Assembly: GCA_963662715.1 (NCBI GenBank)
Contig: OY759724.1
Location: 2,610,001-2,642,000 of the forward strand
Reading direction: 5' to 3'
DNA: 32,000 nt
Origin: Candidatus Omnitrophota bacterium
GTDB lineage: Bacteria > Omnitrophota > Gorgyraeia > Zapsychrales > JANLHA01
Of the stretch, positions 17,953 through 25,864 are shown piece by piece (positions within the stretch are counted from its first letter, which is position 1; the number at the start of each line of letters is the position of its first letter). A program made the translations under genes and the position numbers. The notes under the pieces are model-generated. The model saw nothing but the letters and a program-made list of their open reading frames with translations, was not told the DNA's origin and did not search any database.

Positions 17953-18532
17953 GTCATTTTCCGGTTAATAAAGGGATGACCTCCGGGTGCAGCAAAAACC
18001 GTTCTGCCATAACCCCGATATTTTTTGTTTTTTTATGAGGATATATATTTTTGACTTCTTCGATGATATTTTCCTTCTAATAGTTTAGACACATAAAGCC
18101 GTGAAAAGTTTCGGTTTTTTTGGGGAATATCAGCTGTATTCTGAAAAATAATAGGTAAATGATGAATTAGTTTTATTTAAAGTTAAAAAATGTCAGAATA
18201 ATGTCGAGTTAAACCATTGTTTAAATTAATTTTTTTTATATAATAAATAAAAGGACACTCCTTTTACTTAATTTTTATGAGAAAGATTAAATTTTGCCTT
18301 GCCTGTAAAGAAAGTATGTATTTATGAGGTTTTCTAAAAACCACAGTATTTATTTTTTCTGTCCTAAAAGTATTATTCCGCCGATTTCTAATTTTATCCA
18401 TTCCTTATATATCATTTTATATATCACTTTCTTTTTTCCTGAAAATGAGAAGTTTTTTTATAAAGGCAAAGGACTGTGATAACAAAAGTTCATAAACAGT
18501 TTAGGGTACGATATAACAAAAGGAGAAGTTAA

Positions 18533-20317
18533 ATGATGTGTCTTGGGAAAAGAACCTGTCTGGCTGTTTTCGTGATGTTTTGTCTTGTGGGGATGACAAA
18601 ATTAAGTTTTGCCGACCTTATTTTGTGGAATAAATTAGGCACAGAGGATGAAATTTTGCATAGTGAGATCGGTGAAAGTTTATCTTGGACCGGCAGTGAA
18701 GAATACCAGGATTGTCAATATAATATGGGATCATATAGTAATGATAATTCTAACTACATAACTTTTCCAGGAACAGGTTTCACTCCGAATGCTTTTACTG
18801 TGGAGTTTTGGTTGAAAACAGATTGGGATTGTGTGAGTGGAACAGCTCAAGAGACAGGGTATTATTCTTACTTTCAGTGGTATTATGATAATGATAATCG
18901 AATTATGGCTCAAATTGATCATACGGGATGTTACCTTAATATTAGAGGAGAAGGTGTGCATAATTATCAATATTGGACACCTTCGCAGTTAAATTGGCAA
19001 GCTGGGGATATTGTTCATTTGGCTTGGGTATATAATCGTGATGGAATAGACGGGACCACAGATACGAAACGTCTATATTTTAATGGAAATGTCGTTGCCT
19101 CAACAACAGAACAACCAGAGGCGTTTTCTGTTTCTGGAGGAATGTTTTATCTTTTACAGCATCAAGATTTAAGCCGTACACTGAAGGGAACGGTTGATAA
19201 TTTAAAAATATATGATTATGCCAAGACAGATTTTTCCGACCGGTTCAATGAAGGGACAGCCTTGAGTATTACGCTCGAACCGCTGGAAGCGGTTGATGCC
19301 GGCGCACAGTGGCGGTTGACGGGCGGGCCGGATACGGACTGGCATGACAGTGAAGAAACCCTGCTGAACCTTCCTGCCGGAACATATAATTTGAACTTCA
19401 AGAATGTTATCGGCTGGGCCAAGCCGTCCAATCAGACTATAGAAATCATCGAAGGTCAGGCAACAACAGCAACCGGAACGTATGAATTATTGGCAAAAAG
19501 TTCCGTGACCTGTCTTATAGAACCTCCGGAAGCGATTGCTGATGGTGCCAAATGGAAACTGACAACCGGGCCGGATACGGAGTGGCATGAGAGCGGGGAA
19601 GTGCTTAATGATATTCCGGTGGGCAGTTATAAAGTGAAGTTTAAAAATATTTACGGTTGGGAGAAACCTGTCAACCAAACGATTGAAGTTGTGGAAGGAG
19701 TGACGGCCGAAGCATACGGCCTTTATGAACTACTGCCGCTTAGTTCGGTAACGGTAATCATAGAACCTCCTGGGGCTGTAGCCGATGGGGCAAAATGGCG
19801 GTTAACCAAAGGGCCGGATACGGGCTGGCATGAGAGTGGGGATATTATTACGGATATCCCGATCGGGACATATAACATTCGGTTTAAGACTATCACGGGG
19901 TGGGCCAAGCCGGAAGATCAGGCCCTAGAGATAGTCGAAGGTGTAATAGCCGAAGGATATGGAGAATATACCTTGCTGCCGTTGAGTTCGATGACCTGCA
20001 CGATCGAACCGCCGGATGCTGTAGCAGCGGGAGCGCAGTGGCGGTTAACGGGTGGGCCGGATACATCCTGGCATGCAAGCGGGGATGTATTAAATGATAT
20101 CCCGATCGGTAACTATACCATTAAGTTTAAGACAATTTACGGCTGGGAGAAGCCGGTGAATCAAAGTATCGAGGTCGTGGAAGGTTCCACAGCTTCTGCC
20201 ACAGGAATATATACAGAGGTAACGGCTAAAGGGAGTGTGAGTATTACGATTGAACCGCCGGAAGCCGTGGCAGTTGGAGCGCAGTGGCGGTTAATGAGCG
20301 GGCCGGATAACGTATAA
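18533..20317 (+). pseudogene. 5' fragment of a giant secreted adhesin-like gene (signal peptide, LamG/ConA-like domain, repeats 1 to 5a), interrupted by IS256-family insertion
   Basis: RBS AAGGAGA. Signal peptide MMCLGKRTCLAVFVMFCLVGMTKLSFA. LamG-like motifs TVEFWLKTDW, IVHLAWVYNRDG, RLYFNGNVVAS, GTVDNLKIYDYA. The frame runs 4 codons into the IS end (PDNV*). Confidence 0.8.
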
Positions 20318-20340
20318 TATTTTTCGCACATTTGCAGAAG

Positions 20341-20370
20341 GGACAAAAAAAGTCCTCCAATTGGTATAAT
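20341..20370 (+). promoter_or_regulatory. candidate transposase promoter inside the left IS end
   Basis: Extended -10 TGgTATAAT (20362-20370) with a partial -35 GGACAA (20341-20346). Confidence 0.35.
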
Positions 20371-20407
20371 AACTAGGCAACCAAACCTAACCAAAAAGGA
20401 GGACTCA

Positions 20408-21598
20408 ATGAACAATACTATTATTACAGTTAATGAAGAAAAAATCCAAGAAAAACTTGATGAGAAGATTCGGGGCAGCGTGGAAGAGACATTGAATAAT
20501 TTATTGAATGCAGAAGCCGATCACTTGGTTGGAGCCGAGAGATATCAACGCACAGAAGCCCGGAAGGACACACGGGCGGGCTATTATGAGCGGCAATTGC
20601 AGACACGAGTAGGAAAAGTAAAATTAAGAATGCCGAAGCTAAGAAAATTACCGTTTGAGACAGCCATAGTTGAACGATATAAACGACGAGAGATATCAGT
20701 AGAAGAAGCGATGATGGAGATGTATTTAGCAGGAGTGTCGGTAAGACGAGTTGAAGATATAACTGAAGCATTATGGGGATCAAAAGTATCGGCTAGCACA
20801 GTCAGCCGAGTAAACAAGAAGATCTATGAACGGATCAATCAATGGAGACATGAGCCTTTAGATGAAGAATATCCGTATGTTTATATGGATGGGATTAGCT
20901 TAAAGCGGAGCTGGGGTGGTGAAGTCAGCAATGTATCCGTCTTAATTGCCATAGGAGTTGATTGGCATGGATATCGAAAGATCATCGGGATTATAGAGGG
21001 GGCCCGGGAAGACAAGACGGGATGGCAAGCGTTGATGAGACATTTAAAGCAACGAGGACTTAACCGGATTCAATTATTGATCACCGATAAATGTCTGGGA
21101 TTGCTCAATGCCGCAGAAGAAATATATCCCATGGCTAAATGGCAAAGATGTATGGTTCATTTCTACAGAAATGTTTTCCGTTATGTGCCAAACGGAAAAA
21201 TTAAGACGGTTGCCACCATGCTAAAAGCTATTCATGCCCAAGAATGTTCGTCAGCCGCCTTTAACAAAGCCCAGGCGATTTATCAAAAACTCAAAGAGAT
21301 GAAGTTAAATAAAGCCGCCGAATGTGTTAATGAAGGCATTGGTGAGACTTTAACATACATGGACTTCCCGGTAGAACATTGGATACGGATTCGAACGAAT
21401 AATCCAATGGAGCGGATTATCAGAGAGATACGAAGAAGAACGCGGGTTGTGGGATGTTTTCCAGATGGGGAATCAGCATTAATGTTAGCTTCCGGACGGT
21501 TACGCCATATTGCAGGAACATACTGGAGTCAAAAAAAGTATTTGAACATGGATTACTTACGCAAGCAGCGGCTGCTCCCGGAACTCGCAGCAGTTTGA
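20408..21598 (+). CDS. IS256-family (Mutator-type) transposase
   Basis: 396 aa. Characteristic N-terminus ...LNNLLNAEADHLVGAERYQRTEARKDTRAGYYERQLQTRVGKVKLRMPKLR, then MEMYLAGVSVRRVEDITEALWG, YVYMDGISLKRSW, LLITDKCLGL, WQRCMVHFYRN, NPMERIIREIRRRTRVV. RBS AAGGAGGA. Confidence 0.95.
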   Translation: MNNTIITVNEEKIQEKLDEKIRGSVEETLNNLLNAEADHLVGAERYQRTEARKDTRAGYYERQLQTRVGKVKLRMPKLRKLPFETAIVERYKRREISVEEAMMEMYLAGVSVRRVEDITEALWGSKVSASTVSRVNKKIYERINQWRHEPLDEEYPYVYMDGISLKRSWGGEVSNVSVLIAIGVDWHGYRKIIGIIEGAREDKTGWQALMRHLKQRGLNRIQLLITDKCLGLLNAAEEIYPMAKWQRCMVHFYRNVFRYVPNGKIKTVATMLKAIHAQECSSAAFNKAQAIYQKLKEMKLNKAAECVNEGIGETLTYMDFPVEHWIRIRTNNPMERIIREIRRRTRVVGCFPDGESALMLASGRLRHIAGTYWSQKKYLNMDYLRKQRLLPELAAV

Positions 21599-21634
21599 GG
21601 ACTTTTTTGTTCCTTTAAATGTGCGAAAAATTCG

Positions 21635-24301
21635 TTGCACTACCGCGGGCCGGACACGGGCTGGCACAACAGCGGTGACACTGTAGATGATATTTGTGTT
21701 GGGAATTATGTCATTAAATTCAACACGGTTTACGGCTGGGAGAAGCCGGCTAATATTAATATTGAAGTGACCGAAGGGAACACAACAACGGCCACAGGAA
21801 TTTATACGGAGATTGCCGCCAAAGGATCTGTGAGCGTGACCATAACCCCTCCGGAAGCTATTGCAGAAGGAGCAATGTGGCGGTTAACGAGCGGGCCGGA
21901 TACATCCTGGCATGCAAGCGGGGAGACAATCAGTGATGTTTGTGTCGGGACGTATTATGTGAAATTTAAGAATATCTATGGCTGGATCGCTCCTGAGAAA
22001 CAAACTATTGAGATCACCGAAGGGAGTACGGCAACGGCGAGCGGGAATTATGAGCAGATCACCGAGAAAGGATTTGTGAGTGTGACCATAACTCCTCCGG
22101 AAGCCATTGCGGAAGGGGCGCAATGGCGTTTGACCGCTGGCCCGGATACGAGCTGGCATGGCAGCGGAGATGTGATCAATGATATCTGTGTTGGAAATAT
22201 CACGGTTAAATTCAAAAATATTTATGGCTGGATCAAGCCGGATAATCAGACAATCACGATAGAAGCCAATCAGACCAGCTATGCAACGGGCGAATATGAA
22301 CTCATCACAGAGTTCGGATCAATCAGCGCGACGATCGAGCCGCAGGGGGCCATAGATGACGGGGCGCAATGGCGGATGATAGTTGGGTCGGATACGGACT
22401 GGCATGACAGCGGGGACGTGATTGCGGATGTTCCTGTCGGGACGTATAAGATCAAGTACCGCAATATCGCAGACTGGACCAAACCGGACAATCAAACGGT
22501 TGAGGTCTTGGAAGGGGAGACCGCCACAACAACAGGCGTTTATGAACCTATTGTTCAGTCCATGATCTTTGGCGTGAGTGATGTGGAGTGGGGCCCAACA
22601 TCACATTATCTTGATGGAGAAATCAGTATTGGTGATTACTATATGAATGATGTCCAGGTGTTTATGGCCCATAAACCCGATGCTATCTATTCTGGATATT
22701 ATGATGAATATTCAAATATATCGTTCCGATTATCTAGTAGAGATACATCTAATCAAATACTAAGAATTGAAATATATTCTGTCATTTTTGATACTATGCA
22801 AGAAAATACATTGGTACGAACACTTATTGAAAATCAACCTGTAATGTTGGACCCAGATCCTTCTACGGGAGGGTATTCTAAATATTTTGAAAATTTTACA
22901 AGTTGGGACGGTCTAGATGATAATGGGCAAAATATTATGCCAGGATTTTATAAGCTTAAAGTAATTATGAATGAAGATAACAGTTGGAATGGAGAGGTTG
23001 AATTCGGTGATAATTTTGAGATTATTCCTAGACGTTTTTTAAGGAGTCCAATAAAAAAATCTGTATTTCGATTTATCGGAACAGATCTTGAAGAGGGTAT
23101 TAGTTCAGGTCTATATCCAATTTATAAATCAATTCCACCTTCCCCATACAATTATGTCCCTGCTGCCTACCCCCAGGTGACTTCGTGTGATTATGCCATT
23201 CAAGATTATGATTTTAAACACTCTTTTGCCTATGAAGGATTGTCTTCGAGTGAAATTAATATTCTTTTTGACGAATTATTAATAGTGAATGGTTATATTA
23301 ACCAACAATATTTTGTTCAGTATTATGGATCTCCAGCAACAATGATTCTTCCCCCTGAATTTGAGCCTTACAGAGAAGATATCTACGATATCTTATTAAA
23401 TCTTTATCCTCAGCATGATGGTAATATTTGGCATCAGTTCTACAACCTAGGGCTGTCAGTATCGGAAGTCAAAGAACTCGTCAAAGAAGTTATTTTTAAT
23501 GGTTATAATATCCTTGTTTTTCCAGAAATAACCATCCAAGAAAATTTTAGACAATTAACTAATCCTTCAGAGATGAATCTTTCCCCAGCATATGATGGTT
23601 ATAAAGATGAGATTTTCAGCATTTTATATTCAGCAGATGTTTTAAATGAATATGGATGGATGGGACATTGTTGGCGTGGTCCCAACGGCGTTCCAATGTA
23701 TGAAGGCCCTATTCAACATGGAATGCAAGCTGATTCTCTCTTTTATTTTAATGGTGTGCAAGGAGGCTTTTGCATCTGTGGGGAGCCAGAAACAATGCCG
23801 GAAGGAGAGTGTGGATATTGTTTGGAACCTTGGGCATGTTATGAAGAAGGACAGATATGTGATTCTTACGGAAGAATAGAGTATCCTTTTCCATACTGGG
23901 GGCAAGGTGAAGTGCCGGTAGAAGTCGATTATTATGGATATATTCATGCTCCTGTTGCCGGGACATATAAACTTCGTCTTTATGCCGATGATTCAGCAAC
24001 AATGAGTTTGGGCGGTGATCTGAATGTCTTAGGATATGTCTATGATATTACACTTTCAGGAGGAACAGTGCTTGGCACGGCAGATGCATCAAATAATAAC
24101 ACATTAGATACTGAAATAACTTTAGAACCTGGCTATTATCCAGTTGAGATAAATTTTAATAATACGGAAGGCAACAGCACATTAAATCTTTACTGGAATC
24201 TCCGGAGTGCGAATAACCAGAACTTTATTTTCATCGACCCGACGTTTATCCAGGAGAGTCAGGAAAATGCCCAGGCCTTTGAGGCGTTTATGGGGAATTA
24301 A
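21635..24301 (+). pseudogene. 3' fragment of the interrupted adhesin-like gene (repeats 5b-8, AT-rich middle region, C-terminal PA14-like domain)
   Basis: The TTG at 21635 lies inside the IS end and is not a real start; native sequence resumes at 21645. Same frame as fragment 1 (the direct-repeat copies are 1347 nt = 449 codons apart). PA14-like C-terminus at nt ~23888-24250: YYGYIHAPVAGTYKLRLYADDSATMSLGG...ITLEPGYYPVEINFNNTEGNSTLNLYW. Confidence 0.8.
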
Positions 24302-24578
24302 TGAGTTTATAGAAAACAAGGATATAATAATAATTCTTTGATATCTGTGATATATTCGGTTAAAATTTTCTGCCGATTCGGTCTTTTTGGACCTTTAGCT
24401 CTGTCGTTGTTCAGATACAACGCATTCGTTCACGGTTCCAAGTTCACTCATGCATTACATCTGAATCGGTACCGATTTTTCGCGGTGAATATTGGAACAC
24501 GAAACGACAAGTGACGCACTTAATTAACAATTGAGTATTATGTCTCTATAATTAGAAATATAAGGAGTAAAGGACTCT

Positions 24579-25829
24579 ATGGATCAATATAAAAGAGTGG
24601 AAATAATTTTATTGGTGGCATTGGGATGGGTATTCCAGGTCACTCCAGCGTTAACTGAACCGGTAAATTGTGAAATGTTAGTCGAAGAAGCGGTGGATGC
24701 GTTTAGAGAAGGGGATATAGAGGAGGCTCGTTTATATACCCAAGACGTCATTCGGTCTTGTCAGGTAAAAGCTAGCGCTCAACAAAGGGATTTAAGAAAA
24801 CAATTCCCGCATGAATTACAATTGTGGTTTTCTTCCACAGAAACAGGATTGTACGATAAAAAAGTATTGCCTCAAGGAGTCTTGGATGAGCGCCTTGTTT
24901 CAATTGGCTGGGAAGAACTCAATGCTGTCGGCAAAGCTCTTTTTATTGAAGCAGAAATATATAAGCAGGAAGGCAGAGATAAAGAAGCCCGTCAACAATA
25001 TCAAGAGATTATTAATAAGTACCCAGATGCTTATCAAAGGGCCTATCAAGGCTGGTTTTGGAAATTGTCAGAATTAGCCCAAGACGCTATCGACCTTACG
25101 GGGACTGATTATGATTACGAAGATTATCAGGCAGAGACTCTGATCAAGAAAGCATGGGGGGCCTTTTATAGAAAGGATTATGAAGGGGTTCAGTTATACG
25201 CCCGGAAGTGCTTGCGCTTATATGATCACCCCGGTCTAAATTATCAAAACGAATCTTCTGTGAGCCATTTCCTTCTGGGGAAAACGTATTTAAATGAGAA
25301 AAATGCCGGACAGGCTAAAATAGAATTTAAAAAAACCATTGAAAATTATCCCGAAACCATTTATCCAAATGTTAAAAATTATCCGTATTTCAACAATATC
25401 ACCCAAAAAGCAAAGGATCAGTTGGCTTTAATGGAAACTCTTTATGATTTCGGGAATTATACTACCGAGACTTTAACGATTAAAGCCTGGAAGAGCTGGG
25501 ACCGCGAAGATTATCGAGGCGTGGAACTGTATGCGAACAAATGTATTGAACTCTGGGCCGCCCGAGCCCGTGAGATGCAAAAAAAGATGCAGGGATTTGC
25601 CCGCGGCAGTTTTATCCCTTATTACTGGGCGGTTAATGACATCGGGACCTGCCATTTTATTTTAGCGATGACATATCAAAAGCAAAAGCAATTTGCTAAA
25701 GCCCACCAGATGTATCAAACCGTCATTGATGATTTTGCTTACGCTCAGTGCTGGGACCCGCGAGGACATTATTGGAAAGTGGCGGAAGTCAGCCAGGAAA
25801 GACTGGATGAATTAAATAACCAAAAATAG
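24579..25829 (+). CDS. secreted TPR-like (BamD/YbgF-style) repeat protein with a 3-fold internal repeat
   Basis: RBS AAGGAG. Hydrophobic N-terminus IILLVALGWVFQVTPALT. Repeated blocks AVDAFREGDIEEARLYTQDVI / KAWGAFYRKDYEGVQLYARKCL / KAWKSWDREDYRGVELYANKCI, and ...EARQQYQEIINKYPDAY / QAKIEFKKTIENYPETIY / KAHQMYQTVIDDFAYAQ. Confidence 0.7.
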   Translation: MDQYKRVEIILLVALGWVFQVTPALTEPVNCEMLVEEAVDAFREGDIEEARLYTQDVIRSCQVKASAQQRDLRKQFPHELQLWFSSTETGLYDKKVLPQGVLDERLVSIGWEELNAVGKALFIEAEIYKQEGRDKEARQQYQEIINKYPDAYQRAYQGWFWKLSELAQDAIDLTGTDYDYEDYQAETLIKKAWGAFYRKDYEGVQLYARKCLRLYDHPGLNYQNESSVSHFLLGKTYLNEKNAGQAKIEFKKTIENYPETIYPNVKNYPYFNNITQKAKDQLALMETLYDFGNYTTETLTIKAWKSWDREDYRGVELYANKCIELWAARAREMQKKMQGFARGSFIPYYWAVNDIGTCHFILAMTYQKQKQFAKAHQMYQTVIDDFAYAQCWDPRGHYWKVAEVSQERLDELNNQK

Positions 25830-25864
25830 AGTTTGTTTTCGAACAGGCGGTTGAATACGATAAA

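Larger units (their letters stand above)
20306..21644 (+). mobile_element. IS256-family insertion sequence, apparently intact (~1.34 kb)
   Basis: Imperfect terminal inverted repeats: left ...ATTTTTCGCACATTTGCAGAAGGGACAAAAAAAGTCCTC, and reverse complement of the right end ...AATTTTTCGCACATTTAAAGGAACAAAAAAGTCCTC. Flanked by direct repeat GCGGGCCG(GA) at 20298-20305(7) and 21645-21652(4). The exact left boundary is ambiguous by 2 nt. Confidence 0.85.
19265..22555 (+). repeat. eight in-frame tandem coding repeats of 243-246 bp (81-82 aa), interrupted by the IS inside repeat 5
   Basis: Consensus by eye: V(T/S)xxIEPPEA(V/I)AxGAQWRLTxGPDTxWHxSGDxxxDIPxGxYx(V/I)KFKxIYGW(E/A)KPxNQ(T/S)IE(V/I)xEGxTAxAxGxYExx. 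Unit starts sit at aa ~245, 325, 406, 487 and 568 of fragment 1, with three more units in fragment 2. Confidence 0.85.

Noticed and set aside
21635-21644. TTG start at 21635 for the 888-aa ORF
   Set aside because: These bases belong to the right end of the IS256-family element. The ORF is the downstream part of an interrupted gene, not an independent gene. Expression from an outward IS promoter cannot be excluded.
19265-22555. Tandem ~246-bp repeats as a CRISPR array or satellite
   Set aside because: The units are contiguous with no spacers, in-frame, diverged mostly at synonymous or conservative positions, and encode a conserved protein repeat.
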